From an uncultured Candidatus Saccharibacteria bacterium (GTDB lineage: Bacteria > Patescibacteriota > Saccharimonadia > Saccharimonadales > OMJO01): a DNA stretch of 36,746 nucleotides. Of this stretch, positions 23,828 to 32,239 are shown piece by piece. The position numbers and the translations under genes are program-made. Below the pieces are notes generated by a model. That model was not told the origin of the DNA, did not search any database, and saw nothing but the letters and a program-made list of their open reading frames with translations. Position 1 is the first letter of the stretch; the number at the start of each line of letters is the position of its first letter. The stretch spans positions 1 to 36,746 of the forward strand of contig CAZBRC010000001.1 in the NCBI GenBank assembly GCA_964494415.1, written 5' to 3'.

Positions 23828-26460
23828 AGTTTGCCCCAATTATTGCCAGTTACAGTATCGACGGTTAATTTAATGGGGAGTTTAACAACACCTTCCATGG
23901 TTTCCTTGATGAGCTTGGCGACTTTTTCGGCCTCGGCTTCTGGGCACTCAACCAATATAGAGTCGTGAATCTGAAGCAGCATGCGGCACGACGGGTCGAG
24001 TTTTTTGTCGACCGCCACCATAGCCATTTTCATGATGTCGGCTGCGCTACCCTGAAACGGCATATTTACAGCCTGACGCATGGCGGCTTCGCGAACCATA
24101 AAATTCGATGATTTTACATCTGGGGTGGGTCGCCGGCGACCATACATGGTTTCGACATAGCCTTTGTCGTTGGCCATCTTTTTAACAGATTCTATGTACG
24201 CCAATAACTTGGGGCGGACTTCAAAATATTTTTCTATAAAATGTTTGGCGGCATCATAGGTCATTCCGGTAGCAGCCACCAGCCCATGAGTGCTCAGGCC
24301 GTACATGATGCCAAAGTTTACTACCTTGGCTTCGCGGCGCATATTTTTGGTGACATCTTCTGGGTCACGGCCATAGACCTCGGCAGCGGTGGTAGTATGT
24401 ACGTCGATATCTTGATTGAATTGCTCCATCAGCTCGGTATCACCGCATAAGTAAGCTGCGAGGCGCAGTTCAAACTGGCTATAATCGGCACTTACAAAGG
24501 TTTTACCGGGTCCAGCAACAAAGGCGGTACGAATTTCCTTCCCTAAATCGGTGCGTACGGGGATGTTTTGTAGATTGGGGTCGTTGGAGCTCAAGCGACC
24601 GGTTTGCGCCACCGTCATAGCAAACGTGGTGTGTAAGCGAGACTGTTCATCAACCATTGTCGGCAAGGTGTCTATGTAGGTGTTCTTTAGCTTGGTGACT
24701 TCGCGATACTGGGTAATTAAGTCGATGATTGGATGATCTGCCCGCAACTTATCAAGCTCGCTGGCGGCAGTTGAATAACCAGTTTTTCCTTTTTTGATAC
24801 CTTGGGTCGGCAACTTGAGCTTATTGAATAAAATATCGGCTAACTGGGTTGGGCTGGAGATATTAAACTCCTGGTCGGCATGTCCATAAATCTGTTGTTC
24901 GAGGTCGCTGATGCTATCTGACACCCGCTCGGCCATGGATTTTAAATACGTTGTATTGAGCTCGATGCCTTCGTATTCCATCTTTGCAAGCACCGGAATA
25001 ACCGGAAAATCTACCCCCTGAGCTACTTTTATCAGGCCAGTCAGTTCACTCATTTGCTCAGCTTGCAGATTCTCCAGAGCCTTTAGGGCAGCCATGATCT
25101 CGGGTGCTCGATGCATAATCTCTTCGCTATCCAAGTCCTCAAAAGACGATCCGTCATAGCCAATATCGGCTTGGGCAAGTCCGGTGAAGGTTTGATCACG
25201 CCGCAGCGGATTTATAAGAAATGCACCTATCAGAATATCGTGCGTTACTGCCGGTAGTGTTTTACAACCCAGCGCCAATAACACTTTGAGAGTACTCTTG
25301 AGGTCATAGCCAACCAGGCCGATATCGCCTTTGAATAGTTCAGCAACGGCCTGGTGGTTGAGTTTGGTAAGATCCAGGCTATAGGTTGTCTTGCCATCAA
25401 GACTCAATACTAGAACTTGCGGATCGCGGCCATGCTTGCCTGCCGAACGGCTGTGAATATAGAGTTGTTCGGTCTTAGGTAGGGTCAGTTCTTTGAGCTT
25501 GGCGGCCGTGTCGATGAGTACATTTTTACCGACCTTCAGGCTGACCACATCACTGGCCGCTGGTTTGTAGTCATCGCCAACTTGCATGATGTCTGGCAAT
25601 TGCCGAGCCAGGGTTCGAAACTCCAGTTTTTGTAGCATGTCATGGACTTTGTGGGCATCCATTTTGCTACCGTCCACCTCTTTAAGATTGAGCTTTATGG
25701 GTGCATCGGTCCATATGGCAGCCAGTTTTTTGCTCAGTTCGGCAAGGTCTTTGCCAGCTACTAACTTTTTGCGAGTAGATTCTTTGATCAACTCGATATT
25801 CTCGTAGATGCCGTCTAACGTTTTGTATTGGTTTAGTAATTCAACAGCGCCCTTTTCGCCAATACCGGGCACGCCGGGAATATTGTCAGATGAGTCGCCC
25901 TTAATGGCTTTGAGGTCAAGAAATTGCTCAACGTCAATGTGGTACTTTTCTTTGAAGCTATCAGGGTGAAATAGCTCGATATTACTCAAGCCTTTCTTAA
26001 GAGCATATACGTGGACGTTGCCATTAATAACCTGCAGGAGGTCAAGATCGCTGGTGATAAGAGCAGTGTCGATACCCTTTTCGCGCGCCTGCACAGCCAG
26101 TGTTCCCATAATATCGTCGGCTTCGTAGTCGTCCAGTTCGTATAGCGGCCAACCAAAGGCGTCGAGCAGTTCATGCAAAATTGGCACTTGCTCGTAGAAG
26201 TCTTTTGGGGCTGGTTTACGGCCAGCTTTGTAGTCGGGATACATTTGCAGTCGCTTACGAATGTTGGTTTTAGGCTTATCCCAGGCCACACACACGTAGT
26301 CGGGCTTGAGGCGCTTGATGACCTCTAGAGCCATAACCGCAAAACCGTACACCCCGCCGGTGGGCTTACCATCTTTGGTACTCAGGTTGGGCATGGCGTA
26401 ATAGCCACGGTAGAACACCGATTTACCATCTATGATTGCCAGTCGCTTACGCTCGGCCAT
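23824..26460 (-). CDS. polA: DNA polymerase I (5' nuclease, degenerate 3'-5' exonuclease domain, family A polymerase)
   Basis: 5' nuclease region (LAIIDGKSVFYRGYYA, GIGEKGAVELL). Motif A DYSQFELRLAAYL, motif B RREAKVVNFGIMYG, motif C LLQIHDSILVE. The exonuclease motif I position reads LVLSLDGKTT, which lacks the DxE. Confidence 0.95.
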   Translation of the reverse strand: MAERKRLAIIDGKSVFYRGYYAMPNLSTKDGKPTGGVYGFAVMALEVIKRLKPDYVCVAWDKPKTNIRKRLQMYPDYKAGRKPAPKDFYEQVPILHELLDAFGWPLYELDDYEADDIMGTLAVQAREKGIDTALITSDLDLLQVINGNVHVYALKKGLSNIELFHPDSFKEKYHIDVEQFLDLKAIKGDSSDNIPGVPGIGEKGAVELLNQYKTLDGIYENIELIKESTRKKLVAGKDLAELSKKLAAIWTDAPIKLNLKEVDGSKMDAHKVHDMLQKLEFRTLARQLPDIMQVGDDYKPAASDVVSLKVGKNVLIDTAAKLKELTLPKTEQLYIHSRSAGKHGRDPQVLVLSLDGKTTYSLDLTKLNHQAVAELFKGDIGLVGYDLKSTLKVLLALGCKTLPAVTHDILIGAFLINPLRRDQTFTGLAQADIGYDGSSFEDLDSEEIMHRAPEIMAALKALENLQAEQMSELTGLIKVAQGVDFPVIPVLAKMEYEGIELNTTYLKSMAERVSDSISDLEQQIYGHADQEFNISSPTQLADILFNKLKLPTQGIKKGKTGYSTAASELDKLRADHPIIDLITQYREVTKLKNTYIDTLPTMVDEQSRLHTTFAMTVAQTGRLSSNDPNLQNIPVRTDLGKEIRTAFVAGPGKTFVSADYSQFELRLAAYLCGDTELMEQFNQDIDVHTTTAAEVYGRDPEDVTKNMRREAKVVNFGIMYGLSTHGLVAATGMTYDAAKHFIEKYFEVRPKLLAYIESVKKMANDKGYVETMYGRRRPTPDVKSSNFMVREAAMRQAVNMPFQGSAADIMKMAMVAVDKKLDPSCRMLLQIHDSILVECPEAEAEKVAKLIKETMEGVVKLPIKLTVDTVTGNNWGKL

Positions 26461-26497
26461 ACTTCGCCTCGTTTACCGTTTAATTATACCTGTCTAG

Positions 26498-26527
26498 CAG
26501 ACAATAAGCACAAGAAGCAGTTATACT
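26498..26527 (+). promoter_or_regulatory. putative promoter caGACA-18-TATACT directly before the ATPase start codon
   Basis: TATACT at 26522-26527. ATG codons follow at 26532 (4 nt downstream) and 26538 (10 nt downstream), so the mRNA would be leaderless or nearly so. No SD. Confidence 0.4.
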
Positions 26528-26531
26528 GCTT

Positions 26532-29306
26532 ATGTATATGACCACCGATACTGGCCCCAAGCCGGCCTATTTGCTGGAAACCGATGCTGTACTGGCACAG
26601 TTGCAAACTTCCCAAAAGGGTTTGGGCGCTGCCGAGGCGCAGCAGCGGCTGGAGCAGTATGGACCAAACCGGCTGGAAACAGTCCATAAAGAGTCCCTGC
26701 TCCACCGCTACCTCCGCCAGTACAAAGACCTCATGATCCTGCTGCTCCTCGGCAGCGCTGTTATAACTTTTATCTTAGAAGACCAGCGCACCACGGTTGT
26801 TTTACTAGCCCTGGTGTTATTCAACACGATCATCGGTTTTACGCAGGAGTTTAAGGCCGAAAAGTTGATGGAAAGCCTCGAAAAACTAGTCGTTGCCTCG
26901 GCCCGTGTTATTCGTGATGGTAAAACTAGCGAGGTTGCCTCCACTGAACTCGTCCCAGGGGATATCGTTTACATTGAGGCGGGGGTATCGGTACCGGCAG
27001 ATTTACGCATTATTCAAGAGACCGAACTACAAACCAACGACTTTGCCCTAACGGGCGAGAGTAATCCCAGCCGTAAGTTTCCGCACGCCATTACACAAGA
27101 GGTACCCCTGGGCGATCGTCATAATTTAGTATTCATGGGCACGACAGTTGCCAACGGCGAGGCCTATGGCGTGGTCATTGGTACCGGTATGCAAACCGAA
27201 CTCGGCCGGATTGCCAGCTTAAGCGCCGGCACTACCAGTGACCTCAGCCCCTTGCAGCGCGAGCTGAACAATATTGCGACCCGGGTTACACAGGGCACGG
27301 TGGTATTGTGTACTGTTTTGCTACCCGTCGCCATTCGGGCTGACCTCGGTATTAAAGATGCCTTGTTGTTTGCCATCGGTATTGCCAGCTCGATTATCCC
27401 GCAGGGTCTGCCGGCCGAAATTAACACTGCCCTAGCCCAGGCAGCGAACAAGCTGGCCAAAGCTCAGGCGCTAGTCAAAAAGCTATCAGCCGTCGAAACC
27501 CTAGGGGCGACCAATGTCATCCTAACCGACAAAACTGGCACACTTACTAAAAACCAGATGACGGTTGAACAATTCTTGATAGGTAAAGATGTCTACCAGG
27601 TGAGCGGATCAGGCTATGAAAGTAACGGGGTTATTAGTAAGGACAATACACCGCTCACCCCGGAGCAACTCAGTGAGTTGGAATTGTTTTTTGCTGCAGG
27701 CACCTTTGCCAGCAATGCTCGTATCAGCCCAGCCGATGACGAACATGCCACCTGGTATTGTATTGGTGACCCTACCGAAGGTTCGTTGATAGTTTTAGCC
27801 AGCAAAGCTGGGCTTAACCCAGAAGCTCTGGATAGCCAACACCCAGAGCTCAAAGAGTTTGCCTTTGATTCCGCTCGCAAGCGTATGAGTTCGCTGCGTC
27901 AGTACGGCACTGGCCAACAAAAATATGTGTTCGTTAAGGGCGCGCCAGAGAGTGTAGTCAAAAAATGTAGCGATATCTGGGATCACGGTCACACCCGCCG
28001 ACTGCAGACAGCCGACACCGCCCGAATTTTGCAGCAAAACGACGACTGGGCCAAATCAGCCATGCGTAACCTAGCCTATGCTTACAAGGTCCTGCCCGCC
28101 GGCGCTGATATCGACAAACTTACTCTAGAAACCGTCGAGCAGGACCTAACCTTTATGGGTATGGTCAGTATGGTTGATCCTTTGCGCGAAGAAGTACCGG
28201 CCGCCATGGCAGCAGCCCATGCCGCCCATATTAGTGTGGCAATTATCACTGGTGACTATGCACCCACCGCCGAAGCCATCGCCCGTCGAGCCGGATTAGC
28301 CGCCGATCACCAAGCTCTCACTGTTGTGACTGGTGATGAATTGCGCAATTTGGATGATGCCAAGGTACTCCAAATGGCCGTGACGGGCGGGGCAATCTTT
28401 AGTCGGGTCAGCCCAGAGGACAAGCTCCGTATTGTCGAGCTGGTCAAACGCAGCGGTAAAGTCGCCGCCGTCACTGGTGACGGCATAAATGATGCCCCTG
28501 CCCTAAAGCGTGCCGATATTGGCGTGGCTATGGGTAAGACTGGCACAGACGTCGCCAAGCAGTCAGCCGAAATTATTTTGCTCGATGACAGCTTTCACAC
28601 CCTGGTAGGTGCCGTCCAGCAGGGTCGGACCATTTTTCAGAACATTAAAAAAGGTACGCTGAGCTGTTTTACCAGTAACTCAGCCGAGCTCGTCGTCAAC
28701 CTGACGAGTCTAGCGGCGCTGAGCCTGTTGCACGTACCACTGGCACTAACGGTTATGGAAATCTTGGCTATCGCCCTGATCGCCGAGCTGTTTCCCATCG
28801 CCGCCCTCGGTTGGGACAAGGCCGATGGAGAGCTGATGGCCGAAAAACCTCGTAACCTGCGTGATCACATTCTAAACCCGGCTTCGATTACTGATCTGTT
28901 GTGGTGTGGTCTTTTGATTGGCGGATTGGCCTTCTTTAACTTTGTGTTCTTCTTTGCACGACACGGGGTGACGGCTCAAAACGCTGCTACCGATACCCAG
29001 CTCTACGCACAGGCAACGGCTATGACCTACCTTACAATCGTTCTCTGCCAATTATTCAACATCCTGCAACGACGCAGCCGTCACGGCTTATTTACGCGTT
29101 ACCAGCTTCACAACAAGCTACTGTGGCTATCTATGGTGCTATCGCTGGGCTGTGTAAGTCTTATCCTCTATAACCCGACTATCTCGTATTACTTTGGAGC
29201 GGGCCCGCTGAGCGCCATCGACTGGGCCTACGCACTGGCGGCAGCCGCAATCTTTATTATGATTCGTGAGGTTGAACGACTTATTGTGTCTCGGACGTCT
29301 GCTTAG
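26532..29306 (+). CDS. cation-transporting P-type ATPase (P2/P3-like)
   Basis: LTGESNP (actuator TGES), phosphorylation site ILTDKTGTLTKNQ, TGDYAPTA, hinge VTGDGINDAPALKRADIGVAMG, and ~10 TM segments. The TM4 motif reads IPQGLPA rather than IPEGLPA. Confidence 0.9.
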   Translation: MYMTTDTGPKPAYLLETDAVLAQLQTSQKGLGAAEAQQRLEQYGPNRLETVHKESLLHRYLRQYKDLMILLLLGSAVITFILEDQRTTVVLLALVLFNTIIGFTQEFKAEKLMESLEKLVVASARVIRDGKTSEVASTELVPGDIVYIEAGVSVPADLRIIQETELQTNDFALTGESNPSRKFPHAITQEVPLGDRHNLVFMGTTVANGEAYGVVIGTGMQTELGRIASLSAGTTSDLSPLQRELNNIATRVTQGTVVLCTVLLPVAIRADLGIKDALLFAIGIASSIIPQGLPAEINTALAQAANKLAKAQALVKKLSAVETLGATNVILTDKTGTLTKNQMTVEQFLIGKDVYQVSGSGYESNGVISKDNTPLTPEQLSELELFFAAGTFASNARISPADDEHATWYCIGDPTEGSLIVLASKAGLNPEALDSQHPELKEFAFDSARKRMSSLRQYGTGQQKYVFVKGAPESVVKKCSDIWDHGHTRRLQTADTARILQQNDDWAKSAMRNLAYAYKVLPAGADIDKLTLETVEQDLTFMGMVSMVDPLREEVPAAMAAAHAAHISVAIITGDYAPTAEAIARRAGLAADHQALTVVTGDELRNLDDAKVLQMAVTGGAIFSRVSPEDKLRIVELVKRSGKVAAVTGDGINDAPALKRADIGVAMGKTGTDVAKQSAEIILLDDSFHTLVGAVQQGRTIFQNIKKGTLSCFTSNSAELVVNLTSLAALSLLHVPLALTVMEILAIALIAELFPIAALGWDKADGELMAEKPRNLRDHILNPASITDLLWCGLLIGGLAFFNFVFFFARHGVTAQNAATDTQLYAQATAMTYLTIVLCQLFNILQRRSRHGLFTRYQLHNKLLWLSMVLSLGCVSLILYNPTISYYFGAGPLSAIDWAYALAAAAIFIMIREVERLIVSRTSA

Positions 29307-30303
29307 GGTAAGTGACGTATAGGTCACGGGCGTGCGGTATCAGCTCGTGCACGGCTGCTGAGTGGCTGGCGTGTCCTAACTCCAAATCACGGGGGTCAAT
29401 ACTGCCCTCAACTTCTAGTTGTTCTGGTTTCAGCCCCGCGCGTAGCACCTGCCATATCACCATTTCTTTGTAGTCAGCTGTCCAATCGTCGCTTTGCAGC
29501 ACCGGATCACCGGGCTGCCAGTCTGGATTGCTTAAATTATGGAGAAAGCCCTGTTCCAGCCAGCCCGCAAAACGCTCTTCCATGTGTTCGGCGCTCTTGA
29601 AAGTTTGGTGAAAATTCTTGCTGGTTGTAGCCGCAACCACACGCGCTTTAACAGTGTCCAAGTCAGCGCCGTAGTGCTTTAAGGCTTGATCAATGAAGTA
29701 CTCGAACGCCCCGGCTGGCTTGCCGTCCACCTCAAACTGGAGCGCAGACTCCCCCTGCATATGTGGCCGAGTCAGGTGCATAAAGCCAATCACTTGCTCA
29801 CCATCTTTGTCCTGGAAATCTAGCGTCACATAGCCACAATCAGCTAGTCTTGAGCCAAGCGCCACTTTATCAGAAGACCGAGCAAAGAAGGCGTTATAAC
29901 CGGCTATCTCTTCTATCCCTTGGGAGTTACGACTCACCAGTCCGGCATCGCGATAGCCTGGTAATTCATCTGCAAAGCCTATCTCGTTACCCGTCACGCT
30001 TACCATGAGGGTTTCTAGCCCGCTCGGCACAAGCGCATCTACAGCCTGGCGCAGATTATGGTCAGAACAGAGCTTTTCAAAATTATCATAACCGGCCGGC
30101 GCCTGACACGCTGCCTTGCAGGCCTCATTGCCTACCACTGGACAGGTACGGCGCAAGACATCACCCGTGAGCAATTCTTGGCTGTATGGCTCGCCTTCTG
30201 GAACCGGTTGGCGAGACCTTGATATCGCGGCAACTGCCTCGCCAACCTCAAAAACATCTGCGATTTCAGGACCTTCATGTTCGGGGTAAGGAGTGATATT
30301 CAT
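29281..30303 (-). CDS. hypothetical protein (340 aa); C-terminal ~200 aa possibly a distant PgeF/YfiH (DUF152)-like fold
   Basis: ATG at 30303 with GAGGA 9 nt upstream. RLADCGYVTL(x13)FMHLTRPH and ADYKEMVIWQVLRAGLKPEQLEV...GHASHS resemble the YfiH ADC(L)PV...HAGWRG and ADiyqLarqrLanvGv...fSYRR blocks in order and spacing. The Cys-rich N-terminal part (CPVVGNEACKAACQ...C) matches nothing I recognise. The 3' end overlaps the ATPase 3' end by 26 nt. Confidence 0.65.
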   Translation of the reverse strand: MNITPYPEHEGPEIADVFEVGEAVAAISRSRQPVPEGEPYSQELLTGDVLRRTCPVVGNEACKAACQAPAGYDNFEKLCSDHNLRQAVDALVPSGLETLMVSVTGNEIGFADELPGYRDAGLVSRNSQGIEEIAGYNAFFARSSDKVALGSRLADCGYVTLDFQDKDGEQVIGFMHLTRPHMQGESALQFEVDGKPAGAFEYFIDQALKHYGADLDTVKARVVAATTSKNFHQTFKSAEHMEERFAGWLEQGFLHNLSNPDWQPGDPVLQSDDWTADYKEMVIWQVLRAGLKPEQLEVEGSIDPRDLELGHASHSAAVHELIPHARDLYVTYPKQTSETQ

Positions 30304-30308
30304 AACTA

Positions 30309-30644
30309 TTATCCTCGGGCTATTCGAATCTGTTCTCTTAGCGCTCCTATGCGCCTACTATCGGCTTCCCAGGCTTCTCGGGCTCGGTCGGCTTCTTCGA
30401 ACTCAGCCATCAGATTCCAGTCTTTAATAGCCTCCCAGCGATCACTGTTGCTTGCTTCAAGTTCTGCCAGTTCGGCTTCCATCTGAGCAATACGAGCTGC
30501 TTGGCGATCGCGGTCAAGCTCGGCCTGTGAGGTTTCAGCTTCTTTTTGGTCGTAACCGGAGTTAAACATTTCGTCAACATAAGCTTGGCGTTCCGCAAAC
30601 GGGTCTATGTGTACTTCTTGGATTGGTTCATTTGATTCGGGCAT
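30309..30644 (-). CDS. hypothetical acidic coiled-coil protein (111 aa)
   Basis: ATG at 30644 with AGAGGA 8 nt upstream. The stop lies 5 nt before the ATG of the 340-aa ORF. Heptad-like AELDRDRQAARIAQMEAELAELEA. Confidence 0.6.
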   Translation of the reverse strand: MPESNEPIQEVHIDPFAERQAYVDEMFNSGYDQKEAETSQAELDRDRQAARIAQMEAELAELEASNSDRWEAIKDWNLMAEFEEADRAREAWEADSRRIGALREQIRIARG

Positions 30645-30676
30645 TGTGATAATCCTCTATTAACATAATCTCTGGT

Positions 30677-30705
30677 AGTATAGAATTATTTGCTCTTTTT
30701 GTCAA
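30677..30705 (-). promoter_or_regulatory. consensus sigma70-type promoter TTGACA-17-TATACT for the 111-aa/340-aa operon
   Basis: Minus-strand -35 TTGACA (30705..30700), exact 17-nt spacer, -10 TATACT (30682..30677). An SD-containing leader of ~26 nt follows. Confidence 0.6.
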
Positions 30706-30756
30706 TTGTTGTATGCTTTTGGATAGTTTTACACTTTATATTTTGTCATTAGCTAA

Positions 30757-30785
30757 TTGACAAATATCACATTTCTTGCTAAGAT
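30757..30785 (+). promoter_or_regulatory. consensus sigma70-type promoter TTGACA-17-TAAGAT for the TrmB-like gene; predicts a leaderless mRNA
   Basis: -35 at 30757-30762, exact 17-nt spacer, -10 at 30780-30785, then 6 nt (gggctc) and the ATG at 30792. No SD. Confidence 0.6.
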
Positions 30786-30791
30786 GGGCTC

Positions 30792-31631
30792 ATGGATAGC
30801 GCAATTCTGCAACAATTTGGCCTCACCGAGACTCAAGTAAAAGCCTATCGAGCATTGGTTCAAAAAGGTCCACTCACCCCACCCGAAGTTGCCGAGGCAA
30901 CCGACGAGAAGCGCTCCACCATTTACATGGCGCTCGACAAGATGGACAAGCTTGGTTTGGTGCACAGCTTTAATAAAGAACGTAAGCTCCACTACCGTGC
31001 CCAGAGCCCTGTAGCCCTAAAGAAGATTGTCGAAGCCCAGCGAAAGACCGTAGCCAAACGAGAGCAATTACTGGACAATGCCCTCCCCGAACTCATGAAA
31101 AGTTTTTATGAGTACTCCGAACAACCAGGAGTACGTTTTTTTGTCGGTAAAGACGAAATAACTAAAATTTATCTGGACCAGGTCAAAAACAGAGAACCCA
31201 TCTACATCATTCGCCCCCACGCCAACATGGATATATTGGACTTCGAATTTATGAGTGAAATTCGACACATGGCTCGCAAGGCCGGCATTAAACGGTACGC
31301 AATTACCCCAGACCGCGTTGAAGCCCCCAAAAATTTTAAAGATAGTGACCCTCACATGCTGCTTGACCGCACGTGGATGAAGCAGGACGACTACACTGTG
31401 CCGGTAGAATGGAACGCTTACGGTAATAAAGTAGCGATTATGTCATTTGGCGATGAGGCTATTGGCATGATTATTGATAGCCCTCAGATTGCTGAAGCCT
31501 TACGTCAACTATATCGCTTGCTCGAAGCTGGCTTACGAGCACGACCAGATTACAATCAGTTACCAAAACTGGCTCAGTATATGGGATCAACTCCAACAGA
31601 CCCACACTACTACAAGACAAAAAGCCAATAG
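30792..31631 (+). CDS. TrmB-family transcriptional regulator (winged HTH plus C-terminal domain)
   Basis: LQQFGLTETQVKAYRALVQKGPLTPPEVAEATDEKRSTIYMALDKMDKLGLVH is the TrmB-type N-terminal wHTH pattern. Length of 279 aa is consistent with a full-length TrmB architecture. Confidence 0.75.
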   Translation: MDSAILQQFGLTETQVKAYRALVQKGPLTPPEVAEATDEKRSTIYMALDKMDKLGLVHSFNKERKLHYRAQSPVALKKIVEAQRKTVAKREQLLDNALPELMKSFYEYSEQPGVRFFVGKDEITKIYLDQVKNREPIYIIRPHANMDILDFEFMSEIRHMARKAGIKRYAITPDRVEAPKNFKDSDPHMLLDRTWMKQDDYTVPVEWNAYGNKVAIMSFGDEAIGMIIDSPQIAEALRQLYRLLEAGLRARPDYNQLPKLAQYMGSTPTDPHYYKTKSQ

Positions 31632-31645
31632 GAACTTTATGCGAG

Positions 31646-32233
31646 GTGAGAAAACACCTAAAATCAGGTAGAATACGGCCTATGGAGAAAAGAGTTATCA
31701 CTTTTGTGGGTATGCCCGGGGCTGGTAAAAGCTTTTGTGTTGAGTATCTTGAGAAGAAGAACATCCCCTCGGTGTACTTTGGCGGTATCACCATCGACGA
31801 AGTCAAACGTCGTGGCATGGTAGTAAACGAAGACAACGAAAAACTGGTAAGAGAAGACATCCGGGCCAAAGAAGGCAAAGATGCCTACGCAAAACGGATA
31901 GTTGAACAAATAAAGTCCCTGTTTAGCCAAGGACATGACATGGTGGTCGCGGACGGGCTGTACAGCTGGTCTGAGTACAAAGTCTTCAAGCAGACGTTTG
32001 GCGACAATGCAGTTATCATCGCTGTGGCTGCCCCCAGAATGCTGCGCCACAAACGATTAGCAAATCGTCCCGTCCGGCCTTTTACGGAAGCACAAGTTTC
32101 GTCACGCGAGTACGCAGAAATCGAAAACCTCGAAAAAGGCGGCCCTATAGCCAATGCCGATTTCACGATTACCAATGATGAAACCCCAGAGCATATGCTG
32201 GACAAACTAGAACAGATAGTTGCAAACCTCTAA
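31646..32233 (+). CDS. P-loop nucleotide kinase, UPF0200/dephospho-CoA-kinase-like (archaeal-type)
   Basis: VITFVGMPGAGKSFCVEYLEKKNIPSVYFGGITIDEVKRRGM..NEDNEKLVREDIRAKEGKDAYAKR matches the pattern I associate with archaeal UPF0200 kinases (GMPGSGKS...mGD.vR.e...rG...). The start is ambiguous: ATG at 31646 (AGGAA 4 nt upstream) or ATG at 31682 (MEKRVITF). Confidence 0.7.
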   Translation: MRKHLKSGRIRPMEKRVITFVGMPGAGKSFCVEYLEKKNIPSVYFGGITIDEVKRRGMVVNEDNEKLVREDIRAKEGKDAYAKRIVEQIKSLFSQGHDMVVADGLYSWSEYKVFKQTFGDNAVIIAVAAPRMLRHKRLANRPVRPFTEAQVSSREYAEIENLEKGGPIANADFTITNDETPEHMLDKLEQIVANL

Positions 32234-32239
32234 CGACTT

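Noticed and set aside
26484-26705. 73-aa minus-strand ORF overlapping the ATPase 5' end
   Set aside because: It lies antisense to a strongly supported P-type ATPase and also runs through the polA/ATPase promoter region. It has no RBS.
31471-31878. 135-aa minus-strand ORF, along with 31664..32050(-) and 31885..32205(-)
   Set aside because: These lie antisense to the TrmB-like and kinase genes, which both have clear motifs.
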